The notes beneath the pieces were generated by a model, which saw only the letters and a program-made list of their open reading frames with translations, was not told where the DNA came from and searched no databases. The position numbers were made by a program, and so were the translations under genes. Below, piece after piece: positions 29,814 to 41,200 of a DNA stretch of 64,000 bases (its first letter is position 1; the number at the start of each line of letters is the position of its first letter). The stretch is from Lentisphaerota bacterium (GTDB lineage: Bacteria; Verrucomicrobiota; Kiritimatiellia; Kiritimatiellales; Pontiellaceae), in contig JAAYDL010000060.1 of NCBI GenBank assembly GCA_012729265.1, positions 3,015 through 67,014 on the forward strand. Direction: 5' to 3'.

Positions 29814-30320
29814 TCACAACTCGGAACGATGTTCCTCCCTTTCCGCGGCCTCCCCTCGCCCAACGATTGGTTGGCCGTTGTCCTTCTCTTCAATGATATA
29901 GGATATGGTCAGGACATAATCCCCGTCTGGTGCAGGAGAGAGCACAAAAAACCAGGTTGCTGATTTGTTTGCACCCATAAGGATTTGTGTGGGATTTGCT
30001 TTCGTCAAACCTGAACTCCAGATACGACCAATATTCTCGCCCGTTTTTTCGGAAACCTGATTCATGATTTCCTGAATCGCCAAGTCTGAGTTTGATGTTT
30101 TAACCATAATGCCCGAAACGTGATTTGCTGCCTTGATCTTTTTCTGAAGGTTGGATTCGAGTATGAGCTTCGCCTGTTCACTTGCGGGATAGATCACAAC
30201 CATCTTGTCTCCCGAAATCGTAAAATTTTCTGTGTCATCAAACGAGAACCGATAAACCGGCTCCTGAGCAAATGTCGAGACCGCAAGTGCAACAACAAAC
30301 AGTGTAACTACTTTCTTCAT
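29814..30320 (-). CDS. Exported hypothetical protein (168 aa)
   Basis: Signal peptide MKKVVTLFVVALAVSTFA; SD AGGGAAAG. Confidence 0.7.
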   Translation of the reverse strand: MKKVVTLFVVALAVSTFAQEPVYRFSFDDTENFTISGDKMVVIYPASEQAKLILESNLQKKIKAANHVSGIMVKTSNSDLAIQEIMNQVSEKTGENIGRIWSSGLTKANPTQILMGANKSATWFFVLSPAPDGDYVLTISYIIEEKDNGQPIVGRGEAAEREEHRSEL

Positions 30321-30344
30321 TATCTTTCCCTGGCTAACTGTTAT

Positions 30345-30575
30345 TCAAATTCCATTGACCTTCAATTCCTTTACAAAATCCTCGTAATCCAAGGAGGCCT
30401 CGTTCTTTCGCTCAGCAAACGCGGAGAGATCATTGGCATCCTCCGCCAGTTCGTCACGGATCGCATCATTGATTAATTCCGATATTGAGCGGGATGTCTC
30501 GATCGATTGAAGTCGCAGGGCTTTGTGCAAAGATGGTTCAAGGTAGACGGTTGCCCGTTTGGTTAACATGCTCAT
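30345..30575 (-). CDS. CopG/RHH-type antitoxin, orphan
   Basis: KRATVYLEPSLHKALRLQSIETSRSISELINDAIR...DLSAFAERKNEA.LDYEDFVKELK; SD GGAGG. Confidence 0.8.
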   Translation of the reverse strand: MSMLTKRATVYLEPSLHKALRLQSIETSRSISELINDAIRDELAEDANDLSAFAERKNEASLDYEDFVKELKVNGI

Positions 30576-30845
30576 TTTTACCTCCAATTATGCGGCATAA
30601 TGACGCAACAACGTCATGGAGTCAACTCGGGTTTCTACCCCGTCTTTCGCTGTTCGCGGGCTAGTATATATCCTAGAATGCAAGCTGCAAATAAACGCCT
30701 CGTTTTAGGGGCGTTTGAAAGGGAGGAAGCCGGAGAAACTAGTGAATGACCAAACTCCAGATTCACGCTTTCAGCGTGTCCCATGGTCTTTTTTTCGAAC
30801 AGGCCGAAGGCTGAAGAACTACATGCCTGCCCCTTTTGCACAATT

Positions 30846-31574
30846 TCATTCGCTGGCCTTCATCGCATTCCAGCGCACGAGGGTGACGGGTTTATTGAAC
30901 CAGATGTTGTCGGAGGGGGTGTGAACAATGAGTGCCTGCTTGTCAGAGGGATCGGCTTCAATCCATTGTTGGTCGCCGAGGTAGGCAAGTACGTGAACGC
31001 AGTCGGTGGTGACGGCGAGGTCGCCGCGCTGGAGAGGGGCTTCAATTTCGTTGATCGAGGTTGCGTCGGCCAGCGGAGCGGTCAGGTCGAGATAGCCGTT
31101 CAGCAGCGCCTGAGCAGAGGCGTCGTTCCACCAAAGGTCGATGGCGGAGCGCAATGCGCGCGGGTTGGCTTGTGTGATGCCGAGGTGAAAGTAGCTGTCG
31201 ATGAGTGCACGGCGGACCAGCCCTGAGCAGTCGATACCCCGGCGATTTTCTCCGCCCCAGACATATTGGGTGCCTTCATAATCTCGCAGTTGTTTGATGT
31301 ATTCGGCGCGCAGTTGAGCGGGGTTAGGCGCTTCCCCCGGAAGGAGCAGGATGATTCCAGCAAGCAGGGCCGTTGCCCAAGTGGTGTAGGCAAGCCAACG
31401 AATCCGCCACATCAAAACACCCGCGCCCAGCCAGAGTGCGGGTATTGCAGCAGCGATGTAGAGGCGGAATATTCCGAGGTTGATCGGCTGGTAGAGCACG
31501 AGCGCCAAGACGAGTGCTCCGACGAGCCAGATGATGCTGATGCGTCGGAGCGTCCAGTAATTTAGCGGCTTCAT
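30846..31574 (-). CDS. Membrane-anchored NlpC/P60 (C40) cell-wall peptidase
   Basis: Three N-terminal TM segments; YVWGGENRRGIDCSGLV, GDL, HVLAYLG..WIEA (Cys-His-Glu). Confidence 0.8.
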   Translation of the reverse strand: MKPLNYWTLRRISIIWLVGALVLALVLYQPINLGIFRLYIAAAIPALWLGAGVLMWRIRWLAYTTWATALLAGIILLLPGEAPNPAQLRAEYIKQLRDYEGTQYVWGGENRRGIDCSGLVRRALIDSYFHLGITQANPRALRSAIDLWWNDASAQALLNGYLDLTAPLADATSINEIEAPLQRGDLAVTTDCVHVLAYLGDQQWIEADPSDKQALIVHTPSDNIWFNKPVTLVRWNAMKASE

Positions 31575-33685
31575 TCGATGCGCTGAATCGATTTTTCGGT
31601 TGCGGTAAGAATCTCAGTCGGCTTTACGCTTCTCAGGTCAATCAGGTCGGAAAGGATGTGCATGGCTTCCTGAAGCACGAGGTCATTGCCTTCTTCAGAA
31701 TCTTCGCCGGAGGCTTTAAGCATGGCTTCCTCCTGAATCTCATCCAGCTCCTTGCTCTTTTGGGCTTCTGCCAACCGAGTTTCCAGTGAGAGGGAGACCG
31801 TTTTGGTGTCGTACCGCTCTTTTAGAAGTGCGCGGCTCTCCATCATGGCTATGAATTCCTCGTTTTGATCGAGGCGTTCGCGCGACCGCTCGACCAGTGT
31901 GGGGAGAAACTCGGCGAGGCCCTTTTGTGTGCGGTACATCGCCGGGCGAATGGTATCCCACGGCAGCGCGTGTTCAAGCGTTTCTTCGCCCAGTCCCATG
32001 ACATCGAGGTAGTCGGGAATGATAATGTCCGGCGTTACCCCTTTAAGCTGTGTGGATCCGCCGTTGATGCGGTAAAAGCCGGCGGTCGTCAGTTTGATGG
32101 AGCCGCGGCGGTCGCCGAGCGACAGCAACGTCTGTACGGTGCCTTTGCCGTGCGTTTTTTCGTTGCCCACAATAATCGCGCGTTTGTAGTCCTGCAGAGC
32201 AGCCGCCAGAATTTCCGAGGCCGAGGCGCTGAGGCGGTTGACGAGGACAATCATCGGGCCGTCGTATTCGACCGTGGGGTCGGCGTCGGGGAGCACCTGA
32301 ATGCCGCTGTTTTCTTTGATCTGCACGATCGGGCCGGACGGGATAAATAATCCAGCGCAGTCGATGGCTTCGACCAGTGATCCGCCGCCGTTATTGCGCA
32401 GGTCGAGGATGAGTCCGTCAATGTTTTCTTCCAGCTGTTCGTTGATAATGCGCCGCAGATCGGTCGAGGCTCTGCGCGCATCGGCGTCGTGGTTGCTGGC
32501 CGCTTCAAAGTCGGCATAGAAATCGGGCAGGTTGATAATGCCGAATTTGCGAACGGTGTTTTCGTCCTTTTTGAATTCTTTGACCTCGCCCTTGGCCGCC
32601 TGCTCTTCCAGTTTGACCTCGTCGCGCATAATATCAATCGTCTTCGTGCGCGTGCCCGAACGGTCGGAAGCGGGAATCACCACGAGGATCACCTTGGTGT
32701 TGATCTCGCCACGGATAAGGCGTACGGCTTTATAGAGCGGCCAGTGGAGAATGCTTACCGGCTCTTGGTTTTCTTCTCCGACCGCAATAATCTTGTCGCC
32801 CTCCTGAAGGCGTCCGTCGCGTTCGGCCGGGCCGCCGGGAACGAGCTGGGTGACTTCGGCCATGCCGTCTTCTGCGCGCAGCATGGCACCGATGCCGACG
32901 AGCGAGAGCGACATATTGATATCAAAATCTTCAACGCTGCTGGGCGACATATAGTCGCTGTGCGGGTCATAAACCTGGGTGAAGGAGGTGAGGTAGCTCT
33001 GAAGCAGCATCTCATCATCAAACGTGTCCATGGTCATTTTAAACTGCTTGTACCGTTCGCGGATGAACTCTTCCGGAGAGAGATTCTCTTCATCGTCCAG
33101 ATCTGCCGTATCGATTTCGGCGGACTCAACGGTATTGGTGGAGGATTCTGCAACTTCCTCTTCGTCGTAGACCTGTTGTGAAACCAGCCGCGAGACATAC
33201 TCATTTTTCAAGCGCTTGCGCCATAAGTCATTCCACTCGGCTTCGTCCTTGGGCCACGGTGCCTCTTCTCGGTCCCAGAGAAAAGTTTCTTCAATGCTTG
33301 TATCAAAGCCCTTTTCAAGCTGGGTTTCGATGAATGCCATTCGGTTTTCAATTCGCTTCATCAGGACATCAAATACCTTCTTAGCAAATGCTATGTCGCC
33401 TCGGCGGAGCTGGGCAGCGAGGCCGGGCGCTTTCTTCTTAAACTCGTCAATGTCGGACTGGAGAAAGTAACAGTGCGACGAATCAAGCGAATTGATAAAG
33501 AGCGAGAAGGCATCGGTTGAGATGTTCTGATCGAGCGGGAGCTGTTTCAAGTGAAGCAGCGGGAGGGAATACGCCACCGAGCGGGTAATTCTTTGGGTGT
33601 CGAGTCCGGCGTCGGTAGCATCACAGCTTCCCAGCATCGGGAGGGTAAGCAGCGACAGGGTCAGAAGAAGTGGTTTAATCCTCAT
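31571..33685 (-). CDS. prc: Tail-specific (carboxy-terminal processing) protease, S41 family, lipoprotein
   Basis: Lipobox LGSC; DPHSDY, PDZ (GIGA...GGPA), DLRNNGGGSL, SASASEI, GKGTVQ, GVTPDI. Confidence 0.9.
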   Translation of the reverse strand: MRIKPLLLTLSLLTLPMLGSCDATDAGLDTQRITRSVAYSLPLLHLKQLPLDQNISTDAFSLFINSLDSSHCYFLQSDIDEFKKKAPGLAAQLRRGDIAFAKKVFDVLMKRIENRMAFIETQLEKGFDTSIEETFLWDREEAPWPKDEAEWNDLWRKRLKNEYVSRLVSQQVYDEEEVAESSTNTVESAEIDTADLDDEENLSPEEFIRERYKQFKMTMDTFDDEMLLQSYLTSFTQVYDPHSDYMSPSSVEDFDINMSLSLVGIGAMLRAEDGMAEVTQLVPGGPAERDGRLQEGDKIIAVGEENQEPVSILHWPLYKAVRLIRGEINTKVILVVIPASDRSGTRTKTIDIMRDEVKLEEQAAKGEVKEFKKDENTVRKFGIINLPDFYADFEAASNHDADARRASTDLRRIINEQLEENIDGLILDLRNNGGGSLVEAIDCAGLFIPSGPIVQIKENSGIQVLPDADPTVEYDGPMIVLVNRLSASASEILAAALQDYKRAIIVGNEKTHGKGTVQTLLSLGDRRGSIKLTTAGFYRINGGSTQLKGVTPDIIIPDYLDVMGLGEETLEHALPWDTIRPAMYRTQKGLAEFLPTLVERSRERLDQNEEFIAMMESRALLKERYDTKTVSLSLETRLAEAQKSKELDEIQEEAMLKASGEDSEEGNDLVLQEAMHILSDLIDLRSVKPTEILTATEKSIQRIE

Positions 33686-33824
33686 AAAAAAGTTCCATTT
33701 ATAATTTGGTGCATGAACATATCGTTCCTCTGCGCTCAAAACAAGCCGCTTCATTAGTAGATTCCGCGCATTATTGTATTTAACCCCGTTTTCGATCCCT
33801 GTATTTTCAGGCAATCAATTTTGA

Positions 33825-35456
<1,632 letters not shown>

Positions 35457-35523
35457 ATCCGATCAACGGTTTGTTCTGAGGTCTCGGATGAACAATAATG
35501 CTTGCTTTGAACAGGAGGAATTC

Positions 35524-36018
35524 ATGACCTTTACCGCCATTGATTTTGAAACCGCCACCGGATCCCGAAACAGCGCCTGCGCCGTGGGGATTGTGACGGT
35601 CGAAAACGGCGTGATCGTCGACCAGTATTCCACGCTCATCCAACCGCCCGGCAACACGTACTGGCGACGGTTTACCGAGGAGATCCACGGCATTGGCTGG
35701 CGCGACACGCTGAACGCCCCGACCTTCGCCGACCTCTATCCCGAAATCAGGAAACGGTTGCAGAACCGACTGCTCGTCGCCCACAACGCGCAGTTCGATC
35801 GCGGCGTATTGCAGGCAACGATGGCCTACCACAACCTGGATTACGAAACACTGACGCTGTCCGGCTGGGCGTGCACCTGTGAAATCTACCGCGCCAAGGG
35901 CTACAAGCCCGCCAACCTCGCCGCCTGCTGCGCCCGGAACGACATCGATCTCAACCACCACGACGCCCTCTCCGACGCACTCGCCTGCGCAAAACTCTAC
36001 CTGCTGCGTTCCGTCTGA
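35524..36018 (+). CDS. DEDDh 3'-5' exonuclease (DNA polymerase III epsilon-like)
   Basis: IDFETA, VAHNAQFD, HHDALSDA. Confidence 0.9.
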   Translation: MTFTAIDFETATGSRNSACAVGIVTVENGVIVDQYSTLIQPPGNTYWRRFTEEIHGIGWRDTLNAPTFADLYPEIRKRLQNRLLVAHNAQFDRGVLQATMAYHNLDYETLTLSGWACTCEIYRAKGYKPANLAACCARNDIDLNHHDALSDALACAKLYLLRSV

Positions 36019-36029
36019 ACCCCATTACT

Positions 36030-36145
36030 CGTTCGGAATACTCATCCTTGCCCGTATAAAACAGCTTCGTCAGGCACTCCGCTCCCAGCAGGAAACGGGA
36101 TTTGATGAGGTAGCGCTGATTATTTATTTCCACAAGATTCGGCAT
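36030..36145 (-). pseudogene. 5' stump of a DUF2779-type protein
   Basis: MPNLVEINNQRYLIKSRFLLGAECLTKLFYTGKDEY matches the recalled RYLTKSRF..A.ECPTKL.Y N-terminus; similarity stops after about 37 codons. Confidence 0.6.
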
Positions 36146-36149
36146 GGTT

Positions 36150-36269
36150 TCATTTCCCGTTTAACGAATGGATGCTCTTTTTCAGCAGGCCGGGATCGAC
36201 CCGCTGCATCATCGCCTTTTGTTCGGCCAGCCATTCTTTCGTGAAGCACTTTTTCTGCAATATGTTCAT
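36150..36269 (-). pseudogene. 5' stump of an AbiEii-type nucleotidyltransferase toxin
   Basis: MNILQKKCFTKEWLAEQKAMMQRVDPGLLKKSIHSL then stop (39 aa); recalled AbiEii N-terminal pattern CFT.EW....DP.L..K.I.AL. Confidence 0.55.
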
Positions 36270-36281
36270 TTTTTGCTCTGA

Positions 36282-36326
36282 AATCCACTAACTCCACTTT
36301 TTTCAAAAAACTGGAGTTAGTGGATT
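36282..36326. promoter_or_regulatory. 45-bp near-perfect palindrome
   Basis: AATCCACTAACTCCA-c-TTTTTT-c-AAAAAA-c-TGGAGTTAGTGGATT. Confidence 0.6.
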
Positions 36327-36445
36327 GTAGTTCCTTTTTCCAGTTCTAGAATATTTGCTTCGCGCCGCAGGGCGTTGATCGAAAAATAAGGAGCCCGCTC
36401 AAACAGTCCGGAAATGGCATCGGTTATGTTTTGCTTATTCTTCAT
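36317..36445 (-). pseudogene. 5' stump of a probable AbiEi-type antitoxin
   Basis: MKNKQNITDAISGLFERAPYFSINALRRE...; 42 aa, terminated inside the palindrome, immediately upstream of the AbiEii-like stump. Confidence 0.35.
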
Positions 36446-36474
36446 CCGGCTCCTTCCATGCAGGGTACTTTTTT

Positions 36475-36524
36475 GGAGGGACGACCTCCGTGTCGTCCTA
36501 GGATGGGACAGAGCCCGTCCCTCC
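36475..36524. repeat. REP-like element
   Basis: GGAGGGACG-ACCTCCGTGTCGTCCTAGGATGGGACAGAGCC-CGTCCCTCC with 9-bp terminal arms. Confidence 0.65.
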
Positions 36525-37040
36525 AGCTCGTTCTTTTGTGTTTTTGAACTCGAATTTGTCACCATAAATGGATTCGTAGTCGCTCACAATTTCGTAGCTG
36601 TCGAAAATTTCTCGGATGCCGTCCAGCAAAGCACTCGCGGGTATAGTGGGAACAGATGGTTCAAACTCGATCCGCACTAAGGAAAACTTTTCTTTTTCCC
36701 CCATCATATAGCCGGGTTGTATCCAGCTGGTACGGACGTTTTTGGTTTTTAAGGGCAAGCCTTTCAATTCCGTATAAACGAGCTCTTTTGACAGCTCGCC
36801 GACCAGTTCGCCGTTTTTCTTGAGCTCGAAGGTTTTAATAATACCGGGACCGACGCCTGCATTGGAAAGGATGAGTTCAATGTGACCGCTATTACCGGAA
36901 TCATCTTGATCAGTGTGGGTTTGCAACCTCGGAGTTACGGACAGTCGATTATGCTGACGTGTAAAATGACCCTGCCAGTAGGCGATGAACAATGCCGCAA
37001 GGGCAATTACGACAGATGAGATTGAGACAATGAGTTCCAT
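36498..37040 (-). CDS. Hypothetical protein with a single N-terminal membrane anchor
   Basis: MELIVSISSVVIALAALFIAYWQ...HNRLSVTP; ATG 6 bp after the upstream stop; its own stop lies inside the REP-like element. Confidence 0.75.
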   Translation of the reverse strand: MELIVSISSVVIALAALFIAYWQGHFTRQHNRLSVTPRLQTHTDQDDSGNSGHIELILSNAGVGPGIIKTFELKKNGELVGELSKELVYTELKGLPLKTKNVRTSWIQPGYMMGEKEKFSLVRIEFEPSVPTIPASALLDGIREIFDSYEIVSDYESIYGDKFEFKNTKERAGGTGSVPS

Positions 37041-37045
37041 GGCTG

Positions 37046-38191
37046 TCAGAATCCTTTCATGTGTGCGTAGACCGTCTGAATGGAGTTTATACCGAACTGT
37101 CGGAAAAATGCTTCCACAATAAGCCGGGAAAACGTGATATACACCCTCCAAGGGAGGGCCTCGGTCTTGGGGATGGATTTGAATCGTTTCAACTTCACTC
37201 CTTTTCTCGTGAGATCGGCGTGAATATTGACTGATGCTTCCTTTAGCGGGATGCCTTTGTGAATCAATTCATTCCGTATTCCACAAATAAACTTAGCATC
37301 GCCAAGATCGATCTGAAGCAATGTTGATAGCTGGTTGGCGGCCATAGTGCGAGTTCCATCAAACGATTCCAGGGCCTTCAGGAGATTTGTCAGACGGTGT
37401 TCTACGTATACTGCTTGCTGGAAACCCGTGACCATATGAAGGATCTCGTTGAAGCGTCGTTCTCTTTGAATCGAAGTACAACTGGATAGATGGGTGACGA
37501 TACTCTGGAATGCAGTCGGCAAGTCGTTTCGGTCAACGACTGATTCCCCGTATGATTTGGTAGTAGACCATGCGTAGTTCAGGGTGAGTCGTGGCGGCGA
37601 CAACTGTGTAACTTGCTGTTCAGGTCCAAGAGAAAGAAGGGACAAAGCGTGTTTTAGAATTTCTCGGTCGGTCGCCGTGGTTCGCCCGCGGATAAAAACA
37701 TGTTTTGGCGAGTAACGAACGTTGAGAGTCTTCTTACCTAGTCGGATATCAAACCGTTCATGCAAATGGATGCCGTGGTTTGTATACATGGTCTCTGGGT
37801 TTAGTTGTACCGCTGGAGAAAAAGGAGCAATCCCGAAAACGATTTTGCTTTGGTATAAAGTGAGTTGGAGGCTGATCGCTTGGATACGGTTGTCTCCAAC
37901 CGCAATTATCTTATTGATCTCGCCATCATCTAGAGAAAAGCCTGCACCACTGGTAGAGGATACAAAAGCGGGAGGCAAACGGGAGCAGGAAAGTTGTGCG
38001 GTAGGTGTGACCACTTGTATGTCGGTAATTGGAAGCCGTTTTCCTTTGAAGCACTGACCAACCATGACGAACTCCTGCATTTGAGACAGGGGTAGCCAGA
38101 TCTTGATGGTTTGCTCGATAACATCGAATTCAATTGGAACCCGCTTCGGCAAGCCTGATCGGCAAAGAGCGCATGTTCCTGTAAGCTTCAT
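37046..38191 (-). CDS. Hypothetical protein with a C-terminal HEPN-like domain (ApeA-like)
   Basis: LLKALES...GIRNELIHKG (RxxxxH) in a helical C-terminal region. Confidence 0.6.
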   Translation of the reverse strand: MKLTGTCALCRSGLPKRVPIEFDVIEQTIKIWLPLSQMQEFVMVGQCFKGKRLPITDIQVVTPTAQLSCSRLPPAFVSSTSGAGFSLDDGEINKIIAVGDNRIQAISLQLTLYQSKIVFGIAPFSPAVQLNPETMYTNHGIHLHERFDIRLGKKTLNVRYSPKHVFIRGRTTATDREILKHALSLLSLGPEQQVTQLSPPRLTLNYAWSTTKSYGESVVDRNDLPTAFQSIVTHLSSCTSIQRERRFNEILHMVTGFQQAVYVEHRLTNLLKALESFDGTRTMAANQLSTLLQIDLGDAKFICGIRNELIHKGIPLKEASVNIHADLTRKGVKLKRFKSIPKTEALPWRVYITFSRLIVEAFFRQFGINSIQTVYAHMKGF

Positions 38192-38224
38192 GTTTTGTCC
38201 TTTCTGGTTAAAAAAACTGATGCA

Positions 38225-41200
38225 CTATTTTCCTTCCACAAGAGCGATTTCGTCGTCGGTGAGAGCGTAGAGGTCGTAGACGAGGCGATCGATTTGCCGG
38301 TCGGTGGCAGCGATCTGGGTTTCGAGCAGACGCAGGGTTTCGGGATTGTTTTCGGCGGCTTTTTTCTTGTTCAGCTCCAGCATCCGTTCCACCAGCCCGA
38401 CCATCTTATCGTGCTTCGCCACGTCTGCGGGATGGTCGAAGTCGATCGGGGGAATCGGTGCCGATTCGATGTATTGCTTCGAAAACTTGATGTAGCCGCC
38501 GCGCAGGTTTGTGCTTTGTGCCTTGACAATCATCCCGAACAGCGCCGAGTTCAGTAGGCCTAGCAGGTAGTGCAGGGAAAGGTTGGGATTCTTGGGGCGG
38601 ATTCCGTAAAAGGGGCCGCTTCCACCGCCGGTCATGCAGAGTCCTTCCGTATCGAGAAGCACGGTGGGTCTGCGCGCGGTGACCTGTATGATGAGTTTCG
38701 GATCGTCCATCATGGTCAGGTTTTGCGAGCGCCCGAAGGCATACCAGTTCGCGTGCCGCCATTTGCCCCGTTCCCGATTCATCAGGGTTTCGCGATGCCT
38801 GCACAGGTGGGCCCAGCCTTTCGGGTAGTGCTTTTCCATGATGGTGTCGGGGATAAGCTCGGCTTTTCCGGTCGACAGGTCATAAGGAAAAATCATGAGT
38901 GCCGAAGGTTGTGGAGGCATGTAGGCCGCCAATTCGCCGGTTTGCAGGAATGGGCGCACAAGGCCGCGTTCAATGTCCGTACTGGTCGGCAAAACGAAGA
39001 TTTTGTCGGCGCTGGTCTGGAGGCCGACAAAAATAGTGGCAACATCGCCGAGTTCCGTCTTGATCCTGTGCAGCCCCTCCTGGAGTTGCGCATCCCTGCC
39101 CACCACGAAGTTCCATTCGCCGCTACCGATGAGCTTGGCGGGAATAATTCCAAAACTGGCAATTCCGTCGGTCTGTTCGTTGCGAACGCGGTAAACAGGC
39201 ATCGCCTCGTTGAGGGTCAAATCGTTTCGCAATGTGCGGCGACCGTCCTCGTCTCTCTCCTGTTGCTTTCTCCAGCCATCAAGATCATGCACCTGAACGT
39301 AGGAACACTCTTCGGCTCCGTCTTTTTCGAGGAACATCAGGCAGGTGTATGTGGTGGCGCCGGAAAAGACCTGCTGGTCGCCAAAATGGACCACACGCGA
39401 AAGATGCCGCCCTTGAGCGATCAGTCCGCGCAATCCGGCTCCGTACTGCGCATTGAAAAACTTATGGGGCAGGATCAATCCCGTTTTGCCGGCGGGTCCC
39501 ATCAGTTTCAAGGATTGTTCCACAAAGCAAACATAGAGGTCGAAATTGCCCTGTGCAGCGCTGGAGAACTTCGCCTTGTACAAATGGGCCTCTTGCGGTG
39601 CCCACTCCATCAGCCCTTGTATCCGCACATACGGCGGATTACCGATGACGCAGTCGAAGCCGCCGCACTGCATGATTTCCGAAAAGGCGGCTTTCCAGTC
39701 GAAGACGTTGATGCGGTATTGGGTTTCCTCGTTGAGGAGGAGCATCTGTTCGTTATCGTAAAAGTCGGGGCCGATAAGGGAGTTACCGCATTTAATATTG
39801 CTTTCAAGGTCGGGCAGGATGCGTTGGCGCTCAAGAATCCAGTCGCGCTGCAAGACCTGTTGGGTTTCGCCTTCGATCACCTTCAGCAGGAGGGAAAGCT
39901 TGGTGACTTCAACGGCCTGAGAGTCGATGTCGACGCCATGAATATTGTTGAGCAGGATGCGTTTGCGTTCGTCGGTAGTGAGTTTCCATTCTCCGCCGGG
40001 GGCTTGGTAGATTTTGGGGTTTTTGCCGCCGGAGTGGCGCTTGATCTTTCCTTCGTCGGGTTCGTTGGTTTCGGCATCGGCGGTGTATTGGCGCAGGTGC
40101 CAATCGAGCAAATATTGGTAGGCGACGATGAGGAACGAGCCGGAGCCGCAGGCGGGGTCGAGCACTTTGATTTCGGCGGCCTTGGATACGGCGATCGGTT
40201 TGGGCTTTGCGGGATCGTCGCCGTCAAGCAGGCGGCCAAGAGTGTTTTTCACAATATAATCGACGATATAGCTGGGGGTGTAGTAGACGCCGCCGGCCTT
40301 GCGGACTTCGGGTTTTTCTTCGATTTTCGCCTGATGTGCAGGGGTGAGGTGGATGGTTTTCCCCAGGAACTGCTCGTAGACCTGGCCGAGAATATCGGCG
40401 GGCAGCACGGAAAACTCGTAGGGCGATTCGGGATAGTAGAGCTTGGAGATGATCTCCTTGAGCACCGTGTCGTCGAGTTTGAGATGGGGCGTAACCTCAT
40501 CGGGAGCGCCGCGGCCTTTTTCGGCGGAAAAGTGAAAGAGTCCGGAGTTGTAGCGGGCATCGGCCTGCATGAACAGGTCGAGCAGGCGGGGATAGACGCG
40601 CCCGCCGTTGAGCAGGGTGGCGAGCCGTTTGTAGTCTTCGGTGCCACGGTCTTCGCAGATACGCAGGAAGATCAGGCGGTCGATGGTTTTCTGAACAGCA
40701 AAGTTGAGATCGCGGACAGAGAGTTGTGGGTTACGTAGAGCAAAGTTGCGTGCGAGCAGGTTGCGCCAGTTTTCAATCTCTTCGAGGAAGGCGTCATCGA
40801 CGGTGTCGGTGCCGCGATGCCGTTTGGCATCGACGGTGTATTTGTCGAACGATCCCTTGAGAATGGCCTCTTTGGAGAAGGTGGCGACAAGTTCGTCCCA
40901 TTTTTCAATGTAGTCGGTGTATTTGAAATAATTGATGCGGGAGGTGGAGGCGCGTTCACCGCGCTTGGGACGCTTGCGGCAGTCGTAGACCGCAAATTCC
41001 TCGAAGTCGGTCAGTATGGAAATAGGGAGCTTGGCGGACCAGCCGTAGCGACGAAGCTGGTAAGCGGGGTCGGTGTCATCATGCACGTTCACCGCCGGTT
41101 TTTTGGCTTCGAGGAAAAACTTATATTGGCCGTGAATGGAGAAGGCGTAGTCGGGGGCTTTGGTTGCGCCGCCGATTTTGATCGAAGCTTCGTGAATGAC

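Noticed and set aside
38570-40738. 722-aa plus-strand ORF
   Set aside because: Antisense shadow of the type IIG RM gene.
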